Positions 1 to 12,723 are shown, numbered from the stretch's first letter. The stretch is 64,000 bases of DNA from Camelus dromedarius (GCF_036321535.1 NC_087438.1:6388001-6452000), one strand, 5' to 3'. The notes: generated by a model not told the origin, from the letters alone. Numbers and translations: made by a program.

Positions 1-649
1 TGTCCCTATCTGAATGTTTGCTCAATAGAGGAATTTTTAAAGATAAATATATATTCAGTTAAAATCTCAAAGCATGTGTTTTCTTTTGATGACTGTGGTT
101 TCTTTTCAAGTTGTATCCAGTAACAGTGCAAACCCTAAACTGCCTTTGACATACATTAGGAAAATACATAAAGGAAACTATTAGACGCTGCTCATGAAAC
201 AGTGCCTTAGAAAACGTCCCCAGGAACTTGAAAAACCATGGTGAATGCTTCTCCAAATGTGAGGGTCACATGTGACACTCTGATTACAAACTGGAGTGAG
301 TTTTACATAAAGTTCTCAAACCACCTTGCATACACAGCAAGAATCGATAAACATGTTTGATTGTTTGATGGACAAGTAAAAAAGATTGCTAACAAAGAAA
401 GGATGTCTGAAACGTGTGGGGTAACAGTCCAGGCTGAGGCATGACCCAGAGTTGGATAATTTTTGTGACTGCAATCACAGGGCACAATCACAGGAGTGCA
501 AAGACTTTCGACTCTCCATTCAGCCAGCGAGCATCTACGGATTAGGTACTCTTTGGAAGAGACTGTGTTAGATGTCCCAATCTATGCCCTTAGTGCAAAA
601 TTAAAACACAGGGAGTTGTGCGCATGCTCTAAAAAGGAAGCACAGAAGG

Positions 650-1110
650 ACATATTGCTAATTCCAGAGGGGAAGGAAAGAAGACAGTCTAGGACGGCTT
701 CTCAGAGGAGGTGACACCAAGTTTCAAAGAAAGAGTAGGATTTGGTGAGGCTTCCTGGAGGAGCTGTCACCTGATACCTGTAAGACTTTACTGAACAAAG
801 GAGGGAAAAGACATCCCCAGCAGGGAGAATGGACTGTCCCAGGGCATCCCAGCCAGAGGAAGCGTGTGCTTTCACTGCGTATAGGAGAGGTGGCACATAA
901 GCCAGGGAGCCAGACACGCGCCAGGGATGCCAGGCCCTTGAGTTTGCATTTTATTCTGAATGTGAAGGAACCCCTTATATGTTTTTACTGCACGAACTTT
1001 TGACCTAATCTGATGTTTGTTACTGAAGGACCACTCGGGAATCAATGTGGAAGCCGACGGAGACAGGAGCAGTTCAGGAGATGGGCAAGGAAACTGCTTC
1101 CATAATCCGC
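650..1110 (-). mobile_element. L2 LINE fragment (degraded)
   Basis: Purine-rich antisense L2-like motifs: ggcttctcagaggaggtgac, gagtttgcattttattctgaatgtgaaggaacccc. Confidence 0.55.
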
Positions 1111-1118
1111 CGCTCCTC

Positions 1119-1657
1119 TGTAAGAAGGAAGAACAAATCTGACTCCATGTTGGATCTGTTCCTCTGGCTCTGAGCCTGTGCTCTGTTTCCGGTGCTGAGT
1201 CGTGCTGGTTCTGCACCGTTTGTAAAAGAATGTTGCCTAGAGCCGGAAATATACAGGAGAGTCCATTCTCAAGGCTCTGACCTTTAAGAGTATTAATTCA
1301 TTAATACTTTAAGAGTATTAACACTTTTCCATTCATATAAAGGTAAAAAGCTGCAGAATAAAAAGTAACATTTATCTTGTTGGAAGTTCACAGGGACACC
1401 ATGACTGACCTATGTAGGCAGTTGCAAGAACAAAGGATTCCAACACCAAGAAGTTTGCAACAACCAACCACATGCCCTCCCCTTTTTAGGATAAAGGGAG
1501 CCTGAATTCCGACTTAAGGGAAGATGGTTCTCCAGGACATTAGTCCGCCATCTTCTCAGTCTTTCTGAATAAAGTCATTATTCCCTGCCTCAGCCCCTCA
1601 TCTCCCGGTGTATCAGCCTGTTGCGCGGCGAGCAGAACGCGTTTGGACTCAGTAGCA
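1119..1657 (+). mobile_element. ERV1-class solo LTR
   Basis: TG (1119)...CA (1657) termini; perfect 4-bp TSD CCTC at 1115-1118 and 1658-1661; AATAAA near 1568 followed by a U5-like tail. Confidence 0.88.
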
Positions 1658-2519
1658 CCTCCTTTCCTGCCTGGACCACAGTGGGAGGTGTGAAGGGGCA
1701 AAGCCGGACTCTAGCAAATGCACAGAACGCAGTGACTGACCAGCCAACTGGACCTAGAAGACGCGGCGTGAAGATACGATGGTTTGACTCACACGTTGCC
1801 CCAAAGCAGGAAGATCTGGATTTAACGGCACAGCAGTGCTCTTTTCGACCAATGGAACCCCTGTCTCCATGAAATGTTGAGCAACCATCAATCAGCCAGG
1901 GGCATGGCCAAGCTGTGAATGTGAAATTAGCTAAAATATTTGAGTTTGCTTTCTAAACGTAAAGTGAAATATCAAAGGTAGCTAATTTTGCCAACACGGC
2001 TAACAATAATAGTAACAAATTAGCGTTGGCTGCTCATCTGAAAATACTTTCACTGAGGTTAAAAAAATAAAAGACTGAATGAAAGTTCGAAGTTAACTAT
2101 CAGAAAAATTAAGAATTGAGTGTAAACTGAAGTGTAAATTGGGGAACTGGGAAAGGCACACCAGATGGGGAGGCCTATTTTGTTCTGTTTTGTTTTTATA
2201 ACTGGGGGAAGGGCAGGAGAGTTCTAAAGAGAAAGAACAAAACAAGACTTCAAAAAAGCACATCGTTATCCCTTCCCAGGCTCAGGGAGCACTTGGAAGA
2301 CACAGAGGAGGGCAGGAGGGGCTCGGGGAAACCACAGCCTTAGAAAGCAGAGGGGCCCAAGTCTGCAGAGACAGGATCAAGACGAGGATGGAAACACCAG
2401 ACCTGACTGCGTCGGAGGGGACTCCGGAAAGACATCACGGGGAACACAGGGCCAAGAGGGCTCTCAATGGCACGAACAGACAAAACAGACACCACAGTGA
2501 CATTGTAATAAAGGAGAGA

Positions 2520-2614
2520 GGGAGGAAGGTCTAGTTCAGTGGTAGAGCACTTGCTTAGCACGCACTAGGTCCTGGGTTCAATCCCCAGAACCATCATAAA
2601 AAAAAAAAAAAAAA
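2520..2614 (+). mobile_element. tRNA-derived SINE (camelid Vic-1-like), short form
   Basis: Pol III A box tagttcagtggt and B box gggttcaatccc, then poly(A); candidate TSD aaaggagaga/aaaggaaaga. Confidence 0.85.
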
Positions 2615-3892
2615 GGAAAGAAAACTGCAAACAGTGGAGAGAGATGGGGATTTGGTTGGCTTTTTGTTGCTGCTTTTCGAACCCTTTCAAGAATGAATCA
2701 AAATGTAAAAACTGTTTTGTTGCTTTCTTTAAAGCAGGAGACTGACACAAGGCAGACATGCACTCGAGGCAGGCACTTCGCTGTGAACTTGGTCAAGGGC
2801 AAGCTATCGCAAGAGCGTCACCCCCACTGAAAGACGTGATCTGCTGGCTGTGTTCCACAGACCCGTGAAGGAAAGCAAGGGCTAATCAGCTATGGGAAGA
2901 GAAGCAGTCAAGATAACAAAGGTGGTGTTTGTCTTAACCTCCCAGAAGAGAGACGAAGTGAAACTAGAACCGTGGGCTGGTGACCTTCCTGAAGGCCCAT
3001 CACGAGCATGAACTAGAGGGAGGCTCAGGGAAGGTGAGGAGCAGGAGGCTTAAGTGGGGCGGAGGCGGCACAGATCCAACTGGGAATCAAAAAACAAATC
3101 TTGGAAAAAAGTAAATGCAGGAGAAGACGATACTATTTCAATTAGAATAGAGAATTAAAGAGTATGTTCTGGTAATCAGGGCCCCGTCAGAATACACTCC
3201 ACTCTGAGAGGGCAGGGCTGTCGGTGGGGGGTGGGAGTTATGTGTGCCCATGGGCCCCCCGATCGGCTCCCCCTAGCTGAGTGCGTGTGTCGGGAAGGAC
3301 CCAGGAGAAGGTCAGGAAACAGGACAACCGGACACGGAGGCCCGTGCAGTCTTTCTCTAACAGGATGAGGGCAGACCCACGAAAGCCGCAGGGGCTGATG
3401 ACAAACTGGGCCTGAAGAGGGTAATGTTCTAGGTGAGCCCCGTTTGCAAGGTCGGAGGGAACAGGGAGGAGGGGAAGGGGGTCTGTCTCATCCTCGGTGA
3501 GGCTGGAAGAGGTCTGCTCACCACTGTGCCCAGCAGGAGGAACCACTGGAGGCAGGGTCCCGTTTCTGTGTTTCTTCCTAACTGTCCAAAACTGAACTCA
3601 TTCGCCCAACAGTCTGGGTGAGCTCAGCTCAGCCCCTTCCTGGTTCACCCCCACGAAAATCCCCTTAAGTTTGATTCACAAACTGCTTCAACTGATTCTG
3701 CCTAAAAGCAGACTGGGTGTGAACCCTAAACAAATAAACACATTAAGAATAACAACTTTTTTTTTTTTTTGGATGAGCAATTGAGGCGAGCAAACCAGGA
3801 TGTAAAAACAGGGAAATGGAAGAAAGCAAGGTACTTCGCTTTTGAGCAGAAGATAAATTTAGGAATCAGAGTCAAAATCAAGAACAATAGGA

Positions 3893-3956
3893 AACAAATA
3901 AACCTAATTACCTCCCCTCCAAGAAAAAAAAATTAAAACAAACAAATAAATAAAAG
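3893..3956 (+). mobile_element. 5'-truncated 3' tail of the same SINE family
   Basis: aaacctaattacctcccctcc plus an A-rich tail resembles the tail of the SINE at 4197-4350 (aaacctaattccttccccc). Confidence 0.55.
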
Positions 3957-4196
3957 TTCAAAAAAGTAAACTACAATAGTTAGACCAAAAAAAAGAGAAA
4001 AGATAGGAAAAGTCTGAGTTGGCAGGCCTTGAAATACGGAGTCTCCTCGTGATGGTGACCCCAAGATCCAAATTCTCCTGTAGGAAATCGCCAGTCATCA
4101 CTTTGTCAGTCTCTGCTACAGACGCAGCCTTTGCACAGGTTATGTGAACTTGCTAACAGCACGGCTTGGAACAGCTGTTTTAAAATACAGTTACTA

Positions 4197-4350
4197 GGGG
4201 AGGTTATACAGCTCAGTGGTAGGGTTGCCTGCTCAGCACGCACAAGGTCCTGGGTTCAATCCCCAGAACCTCTATTAAAGACAAACCTAATTCCTTCCCC
4301 CCTCAAAAATGGAAAAAATAGAAAAAAAAACTAAAAAAGTTAAAAAATTA
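4197..4350 (+). mobile_element. tRNA-derived SINE (camelid Vic-1-like), long form
   Basis: ggggaggttatacagctcagtggtag...gtcctgggttcaatccccag, A/B boxes, tRNA-unrelated tail and A-rich end. Confidence 0.88.
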
Positions 4351-5177
4351 AAATATAATGCAGAAGTCCTTTTAGGGGGTTCAATTATAGGTTTATCTTT
4401 TAAATCAGCTTATCTAAATGTCCAGGATAAGAATCTCACCTTTTTTTTATCCCAATTCTATACCTTGAAGATGGTTTAAGGGGATTGAATGGATGCTGGT
4501 TTTCCAAGAAGTCACAGCACATGTTTCCAAAGCTACCTGCTGTCTGCCTCCCCTCGGCTTCGCTGCCAGTAATGAGACTCTCGACAATAATACGTGAACG
4601 TTCAAACAACACACTTGTGCCTGCGGTCCCGCAGGTGGGTCAGCCAGTCCTTGGCTTTGCAGCAAGTCCTGCTTGGATTAATGGCCAAGATGCACAGTGG
4701 CCGACTCCCCTCAAGAGCTTTCAGGTGAGACGGACCAACGTTCGCTTGATCTCAAGGACAGAAGGCCTCGGCCCCAGCAGGGAAAACACGTGTTTTAGGA
4801 CCATTTTCTTTATGAATTAACTGGTTTTTACTCTATAGCATTTCATCACTTTTTTTTTTCCCTCCAAACAGGTGTTCTGCTGGAAGAAGGGCTGGAAGTG
4901 TGTAGAAGGATGACCTGTAAACAGGTGGGAAGCCTCGACGACACCCCGCTAATCACCAGCCCAGCAACGCGGGGGTAGCGGGGGCTGATGGCTTTACGTT
5001 AATCACAGCACTTCCACTGAACGCAGTGTCTTTCCCTTAATGATGCATTACCTGGTGAGCCCCCAAATGCAGAAGAGCAATTTATAGTCACTGTATGTGC
5101 CTTTCAGGCTGAATGCACACAACCGAAGTCATGATTGCCAGGGGGATCTGGAAAAACCATACCACCTAATCAGATGT

Positions 5178-5430
5178 AAATATATATATAAGCACATCTA
5201 TAAGACATCTATATATATATATATATATATGTGTGCATACACATTACAGAAATGTTTGGATATAGAGACAAGCCACTGTAACCGTATTTAGACATACAAA
5301 TATGTTGACATAGGTGTATCTATTTATAAATATATACATATACACATATATGCATGTAAATATATATGAATGGCTATAAGGTAGGATATTAATAAATTAA
5401 AATATACTATATATATATTTATTTACATAA
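5178..5430. repeat. (TA)n / TA-rich low-complexity region
   Basis: Multiple tatatata and tacacata runs. Confidence 0.8.
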
Positions 5431-7138
5431 TGAGACTATTTTCAACTGAGCTGACTCCATGGGAAGCTTGTTCGGGAACATCAATTTTAAAACCCCAAAT
5501 TCGGTGTGTGTGTAATGTGCACAGTTCTTAGTTATCTAATCTCACAGAATCCTCAATTTTTGGAGCAATTATACAGGATAAAGGCATTTCTGTAGTGTGC
5601 CATGTAGGCACTGATTAAGTCATAGGTTCCCAAATATTGGCACATTGGATGAAAATGTTGTTTCACTCCCTAGATCACCAGGTTCCCAGGCGGGATGGTG
5701 TCATGTTTCTCTACTCGGAATCACGCGGCGTCTCCCTGTTTACTAGCGGAACTTGGCGACCTGGGGAGCAGCACCACGGGCTGGAGCAGGAAGAACAACA
5801 CACAGAGCTCTGAATTCTAATCACAACTCTCCCACCAACTAGCAAAATAATTCTAGGAACTTGGTGTTAAAAATACCGAAATGAGATCACAAACAAGAGT
5901 CTTCTGAAAATTACAAAGTATAATATATGTATCAAGGAGACCTTTCACTCCCTTAACAATCAGTTGTGTTTTCTTTGTAAAGTTCCTAAAGGTCATGGTA
6001 GGAAGGGCTTTGTTTGAGACAGAATAACCCCAAGCAGACAAGGCACTTTTGTTAGATTACAAGAGAATCGCCTATTTAGGTTTAAAATAACATTTGTGTA
6101 AAACACATTGAAATAGTTTTAGAAGCCAATTTCTATTGCAGTGTTTCAAAAATTGCAGAACACAACAGATTTGATTATAAAACTTTTTTTGGATCCATAA
6201 ATCACACAGATTTTCCCCTCCATTTCTCATAGATGGAATGTCTAAGCCATTGCAGGCAAAGTCATCCCCTTTCTCCGAAGGAGCTAGAAATTGTAGGTGA
6301 AACAGAACTCAGAGCTCACCAAGAACTGGCAGTCTCAGTCCTCTCTACTCTTCTAAACAGGCCTGAATCAAAGATCTGGCTATGCTTTCTTGACCCCAAT
6401 TCCCTAAGTGGTAATTTTAATGGACTACACCAAAAAATGTCGCTGTCAGTCCCAGCAAAATGGGGAAACATGAGGCAATGCGCCGTCTCTCTCCTCCCCT
6501 GCTTGGCAGCCCCCTGAGGAATGTTCTCCCTGAGCAGTGAGTGGGCGCAGGCGGTACCCCCACCCCTGCGGGCCCAGCCCCTCATCCACGCTCTGCATTC
6601 TTGGCTCCGCAGTAAAATGCACTCTGTGGAGCAGCACAGACCACTTTGCTGAGGGTAGGAAAAAGATGAGTTCAGCCAAAATGGCTGGCATTTTTCTCAT
6701 GTTTTAGATGTCATATTTTGCATGATTCTTTCTATTTCAGGGAGAAGGGCAACTTTCTCATTCTGTGTATAAGTTTCCATGTGACTACCATGCCGACAAA
6801 AATATAAAATAATTGAACTCTTTTTTTAAACTTGGGGCTACTAAGAATATCTGAATCCACTCCCCCAAATTGATGTTACATCTTAGTCAAAATTGACTGT
6901 ATGGAAATGTTTTCTGATTCAGCCCCTGAAACTGTCAGAAAAGGGAAATCAGGGTTGCATGACTTCTGAACATGGGGGCTAGCGCATGGGCAGGGCTAGC
7001 TGGAGCTGGCTCCTCCGGTTCACAGGGGCTTTTATTTCCCTCCCTTCTGAGTCCAAAGAGATGGGCTCAGGTCTCTACCGTGCCTGGTGCCACTTTAAGA
7101 AGGCAACAGAGATGCTAAATAAGAGAAGGGAAAGATAA

Positions 7139-7151
7139 AGAATATGAAAAA

Positions 7152-7189
<38 letters not shown>

Positions 7190-7260
7190 TGAATCACTGT
7201 GCTATACACCAGAAATTAACACACCATTGTAAATCGACTGTACTTCAATATAAATAAAAA
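7139..7260 (+). mobile_element. L1 extreme 3' end with (TA)n microsatellite
   Basis: gaatatgaaaaagaa(ta)n gctgaatcactgtgctatacaccagaaattaacac...cttcaat plus A-rich tail, typical of artiodactyl L1 3' ends. Confidence 0.82.
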
Positions 7261-7980
7261 GAGAGAGACAGGAACTAGTGAAAGAGAATGAAGAGCCTTG
7301 GAGGTCCCTCTGCTCCCGCTGCCCCTGGACCAGCCCTGCAGCGCTGCTTAGGCTGATGCCTTTGTGAACTGATCACATCATTTTGTGCACATGAACTTCA
7401 TCACACATGGTCTGGCTACAAAACTGAATTCTATTTCGACTAAGCATGGGTTCTTCCAAACCGTATGTGAGTTCATCCATGCACTTCTGGCAACCTAGAA
7501 GAACATGCGATTTCTTTTTCTCGCAAGGTTGGAAATTCATCTTCATCTGTCTTTATATATTCATCTTAAAAAAATCCCATTCACAAATGCAGTTTGAATC
7601 AATTTATAATTCCTGAGGTTTGCCACTATGCTTAGTCCAATCAAACCAGAAACACGTGGAACTTAAAGGTATGATTTTCCTTGACAATGTTTGCTGTGTT
7701 CATTTTCTGTGTTTCAGGAGAACTCAAGTATAATAATGATCTGTCCCTTCTGTGAATCAAATATATATTCTTAACGAGCATGAAAGATGGCCTTTCCTCT
7801 GTGTTCTCTGGGTTTTATCTGCTCAATTTCTAAGCACCAAACACACCAGTGAGAACAGCTTAAGGCAAAATATGGCCCAATTTTGATTCAGCAGCAGCAA
7901 CTTTTCACCCCAAGCAGTGATGATCTACTCGTAAAAGGCTATCATACAGATTGTTTTAAAATTATAGACTCAGAGACTAC

Positions 7981-8037
7981 TTTTTTTAATTAAAGTATCA
8001 TCAGTTTATGATGTTGTGTCAATTTCTGGTGTACAGC
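7981..8037 (-). mobile_element. L1 3' stub (~57 nt)
   Basis: Poly(T) then antisense L1 end (gtgtcaatttctggtgtacagc); flanked by TSD atagactcagagac (7964-7977) / atagactcatagac (8038-8051). Confidence 0.82.
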
Positions 8038-8283
8038 ATAGACTCATAGACCATTAGCAGGAGATACCTTGGCTGGATTAAGTAATCAAATGCTTTCCTT
8101 TAATACACAAGGAGATTGGAGTCCACAGAGAGGAAGGGGATTAACTGTTAAATTGTTGAAAAGTCCATGAAATGAATAAATAAGCGTGATCTAGACGAAA
8201 TATGAAAGTACCCTTAGGGAGAGCAAATTTCAGAAGAGACAACGTAAAGTCACCACTACCTTTAGCCTCTTGGGAATTCAAGC

Positions 8284-8488
8284 CAGGATTCTCAACCAAG
8301 TCACTGCCTGGCAGTGTCTGGAAACATTTTGGTTATTATTTTGGTTGTCATGACTGGGTGAGGGGAGTTACTGGCATCCAGCAGGCAGAGGCCAGGCACA
8401 TGCTAAACATCCCACAAGGAATGGGACAGACTCCACCAGAAGGAGCGATCCTGCCCCAGACGTCCCAGGAGGGAGGGCAGCACCACTG
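8284..8488. mobile_element. MER20-like hAT-Charlie non-autonomous DNA transposon
   Basis: caggattctcaacc...ggcagtgtctggaaacattttggttg...gaggccagg...tgctaaacatcc...cactg. Confidence 0.8.
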
Positions 8489-10614
8489 GTTCGCTCACTC
8501 CTTAGGAGAGTGGAGTTAAACCTCCCACCACAGGCTGTGTCCTGGGCTCAACAAGAACCCATCTAGCCCAGCTCCTAGTTCAGGGGTAGGGGCTGGATAA
8601 TTAAAGTGCAGCCAGACTGGGAAATACAGATGGCTACTGAGAATGGATGTGGTGTGGGGTGGGACAAGTCAGGCCAGAATCCCTGAGGAGAGAGGACACG
8701 TGAGGCGGGGATGCTGGTGAGGGAGGCAGCGTGGAGGGATGAGAAGGCAGGTGGGGAAGGGCTAGGTGGGGGCCTACGAAGGAGGAGGAGGCCCAGGACT
8801 ACCAACTACACACGTTCTGAGACAGGCCTCAAGACAGCCAGGTGTCAACAAAGATTCTTCCCAGAACTGAGGAGTGTGGCTTACTGGTGCATTCACAGGC
8901 ACAGAAGGAAGGAGGAGAAGAAGGAAGATCCAAAGTCCCAGAAGGAAGATGAAGATGAGAAGAGAAAGGAGAAAGCACCAGGCAGAAAGCATGGACGGAA
9001 TGAGGACCTCAGACAGTGCCCAGGGACCCTGGGAGACGCCAGTGTTGCCAGATAGAGGGGACAGTGGCAGCACTAGAACCAGAGAGGCCAACGCTTCCCA
9101 TCAGTGGCTCCTGCCAGAGGAAAGAAGGAAACGTGTTTTTTGCCACCCCCACCCCTAGGAAGAGCTGCTTCCCCACGTCTCACCCCTCGGTACAGGCAGT
9201 CTTACTCGAAGACCTCCAGGGGCTCCAAGCGCGAGGAACACAAGCGCAGGACACACGTGTCATATCAAACATGTAAGCATCACAGGAGGCGAGGAAAACC
9301 CGATAGGAAGCACTTTTTCAAAAGTTTGCAATTTATACCAATTCAGTAAGGTTACAGAAGTAAATAAATGTATGACGTACTTACTGACTAATTTTGGGGG
9401 GGGTATTTTAAGAGAGAATATTCTGATTCTTTGTAACCCAGTGCTACCTTTAAATCTTCTTGTGTCTCTGATGATTTATCTCAGAGGCACTTCCTAAGGT
9501 CAAATATTTTTCAATAAATAGCCTTTATCAATTTTGCCTTTTTTTTTTTAATGTCTCCAAGGGTTTCCCTGCTAAGATCACATTTCCTTGCTTCTCCACT
9601 TCCTTCTTTGTAGTTCTCTATACTCAATTTTGGGAAACTCAGTGACTAAGTTTGCCAAGATCTGCCTCCATGTCTCACTCTCAGAATGATTGAGTTAAAA
9701 GACAGAGAAAAGGCAGTGAAAATAAAGCATGTAACAGTCTTGCACAAACACAGACGGTGTGAGGATCTTTTACGAGCACCCTCTCCCTTTGCCACGTTTT
9801 TCCCCAAGCTCCTGGCCTTGGGACCACCCTGGACAGCAAGGCTCTTTGCTGTTCTCTGTGCCTCTGCTTCCTTGGAATCCAAAGTGTGATTCACACTGGA
9901 AAGGCCCCCGTTCCAATAAAGGAAGACGATCACTAACAGAATGAACCCTAACGAGCTTCTGTACAGGCTGCAGAAGAAGAACTTCCTTGAGATGATCCAG
10001 CGTGATTTTTCTCAGAAACATAGGCTTCCACAGGAAAAGGGCACAGGCCTCTTATTCAACCAACCGACTGTGGGAAAATCGGCCTGCAATGTGCACAGTT
10101 GCTCAGGAAGTGCATTGCCGACCTTAGCTATAATCTGCTCTTTCCTTAGGAACTTGGGGATGCAGATCTTCATATGGAGAAAGAGAGAGGCCCTATTTTA
10201 AAAATATGTTAAGATAAATTATTCAAAAAAATCTCAAATCACCCATATTTTTCTAAATGATATTGTAACCAATTAATTTCATATTTCTAATGTGCTTTTT
10301 AATTAATTTTTTAAAGTTTGGAATCACTATTTTTTTTTTGTTTATTTCAGAGTAAATTTCGTATCTTATTCCAATGATCGAGAGTACAAACTAAAGCCAC
10401 TCATATGCTCTGAATCCTTTTTGGAAACTGATTGTTGTTAATCTTACTTTAACGTTAAAACCTTGAGAATTTACCATACACATATTTTCAGTCTTGCTTT
10501 TTGTTTTGTTTTCCGTTTCCATGACATTGTAATCAGGAATAGCCTTCATACTAAAATAGTCTCTCCACAGTCCTTCAAAACGGTGATGACCACTCACAAT
10601 GTCACCCTCCTTAC

Positions 10615-10677
10615 CTTGGACTTGCCTTTGCTGTAACAGGCCTTCTTGGTGGTTTCATCGCACTCCCACTCCACAGC
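10615..10677 (-). CDS. SEMA5A: Internal coding exon of semaphorin-5A (Sema domain), 63 nt, phase 0/0, AVEWECDETTKKACYSKGKSK
   Basis: Minus strand reads ...ttttggtattccctgcAG|GCTGTGGAGTGGGAGTGCGATGAAACCACCAAGAAGGCCTGTTACAGCAAAGGCAAGTCCAAG|GTaagg. The acceptor AG is at 10679-10678 and the donor GT at 10614-10613. The peptide matches human SEMA5A as I recall it (LSLIQ|AVEWECDEATKKACYSKGKSK|EECQNYIRVLL, about residues 91-111) at 20/21 positions. Confidence 0.95.
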
Positions 10678-12406
10678 CTGCAGGGAATACCAAAATGACA
10701 GCAACTGTCAGGGCTTTGACTGAGTAAAAGGGAAAAAATAACAAAGCGTTTGTAAACGACCTTCAACCACGTGGGCACACCACAGCACCGACATTTTCAT
10801 ACTAATATAGAATTTACACCAAATACATGAAATTCAGTCATATGGGCTTATATTTACAATGGAAGCATTTTAGAGGAATTCATCCCCTAAGTATTTTCAT
10901 TTATGCAATAATAATGTGATATTTAAAATGAGTCACTGCAAGAGAGGCACGCGCAGCGAGCTGGTAACGTTGCATTGTTTACAGAAGCAGTTGCTTCCGT
11001 GAAATCACAGAATAGATTCACAGGATGCTTAAAAGAGAAGCCTTGAAACAAAATGATCGAAATCCTCATTTAAACCCGGATATCTTATTTTAATAGTCTG
11101 TCATTTAGCAATATTCGTAGATAATGAAGCAGGGATGGTTTTGCGTATCCTTACTCCCAAAACGCATCTATAAATGATGAACAGTCAATAAAATAAACAG
11201 CTCATGCAAAGAGCCCGTCTACTCCTCCCTCCCAAGGCCGGTCATTTCCATACTGTTACTAGCTCTACCTAAACACTCAGAGTCACGGCTTCTACATTTT
11301 TTTTTTCTCAAACTTCCCAAATAAAACCCACGCTGATCAGTTTGATATGCGTTCTTTCACATCTGACGTGAACTCACAAATGGGCCTGTGATTAGTTAAG
11401 ACAACAGACAGCACTTACTTCACAGGAAGAAATGATGCCTGCAAACATCAGTGGCCAATATGCTGAGATTGTGAGTCATATTTTGAACAGATTTAACATC
11501 TGGGAAATGTATCTTTTCTATTATTTTATAGAATGTGGACTTTTATAGGGCAAAAATGATCTCTCCATTCTGTCCACCTGTTACTATAATTATGTCTTGT
11601 CTTATTATTAGAGTTAGATTTCTGAAAAATTCAGGACTTCTGAAGAACCAGTTAAATCGTTATCAGAAAAAAATTTAAGCAAGGGACAATTTGCTGTTAA
11701 TTTGGACTAATGTTACATAATAAACTAAATTAAGCCAAAAAATGCTAATGTCAATTATTATAGAAGACAATAACAGCTTTACTCTCCCTTCTAAAACTAA
11801 GGGTTTTTTTTTAATTCTCAGAAACTGAGGCAAATAACAAAGTCATGTTAACACTCTTATCTAACATCTACTGTTCTCCAAAGAATGTTACATAACAGAG
11901 TTTAAAACCTAAAACAAAACATCTTGCATAACTTATTTCACTTGTTAAATATGAGTCTGTAAGAAAAGTATTCTACAGAGAACCACTCCAGTGTCTTTCA
12001 AACAGAAACAATACTGTGACTGTTTTCTCTTGTGCAGACTTAGAGATTTTCATCAGTGTCAACATCTGATAAGAGAGTCTGTTAATTCTTCTCGTGATGT
12101 TTTGCTGTTCATAATGTTTAATGGCAACAATAAGGTTACAGCTAATCAGCATCAAAGACAAACAAATGACTTGAATTCCCTACTAAAATGACAGATGCTT
12201 TTATGAGGAGTGATGACACCTCCGAGGAAGAGATGAGAGCTTTGCATAATTATATGTCCCCACGAAGCACAGATAAAACCAGTGCTTGGCTGTTATTCTG
12301 AAGTGGCGCCTTCCTTTCACAGATCTCTGTGTAAAAGCTCATTCTGTGGTTTTCATTTAAATAAAGATAGCCATGCCTTTGCCCTGACTTAAATTGAAAA
12401 CAGAAT

Positions 12407-12723
12407 TGAACATTGGGGTGCATGTGTCTTTTTGAATTAAAGTTCCTTCTGGATATATACCCAGGAGTGGGACTGCTGGGTCGTAGGGTAAGTTTATTTT
12501 TAGTTTTTTGAGGACTATCCATACTGTTTTCCATAATGGCTGCACCAAACCACATTCCCACCAGCAGTGCAGGAGGGTTCCCTTTTCTCCACGTGTATTG
12601 TCTATGGACTTCTGAATGACAGCCATTCTGACTGGTATGGGGTCATACCTCACTGTAGTTTTGATTTGCATTTCTCTGATTAACACAAAATTGTAAACTG
12701 ACTATACCTCAATTAAAAAAAAA
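12407..12723. mobile_element. 5'-inverted L1 insertion: antisense ORF2 C-terminal fragment joined to a sense 3' end with poly(A)
   Basis: ORF 12357..12686(-) translates as LIREMQIKTT...HCWWEC...[13 protein letters not shown]...KDTCTPMF (L1 ORF2 C-terminal cysteine-rich region). From about 12679 the sequence is the sense L1 3' end attaacacaaaattgtaaactgactatacctcaatt(a)n. Confidence 0.9.

Larger units (their letters stand above)
1..10614 (-). other. SEMA5A: SEMA5A intron downstream of the 63-nt exon (next exon EECQNYIRVLL... not seen in window)
   Basis: Follows the GT donor at 10614; I found no match by eye to the expected next exon in 1-10600. Confidence 0.75.

Noticed and set aside
1180..1200. 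REST/RE1-like motif on the minus strand (tcagcacc-gg-aaacag), and a right half-site ggacagcgcc near 39816
   Set aside because: The first lacks the critical GG of GGACAG and the second lacks the left half; both lie inside LTRs.
2520..2595. tRNA-like sequences with A and B boxes (also 4197-4270)
   Set aside because: Poly(A) tails, a TSD and degenerate stems show these are SINEs, not tRNA genes.
4618..4640. ggtcccgcaggtg, reading TCGT on the minus strand like the next SEMA5A exon (LFTCGTNAF)
   Set aside because: Flanking codons give TCGTAGT with no EECQNYIRVLL or NAF context and no splice sites; a chance match.
8711..9349. Cluster of overlapping ORFs rich in R/K/E
   Set aside because: Products of purine-rich low-complexity sequence, with no recognisable domain or supported exon structure.
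12357..12686. 109-aa ORF with real protein similarity
   Set aside because: It is a fragment of L1 ORF2, not a host gene; reported as a mobile element.
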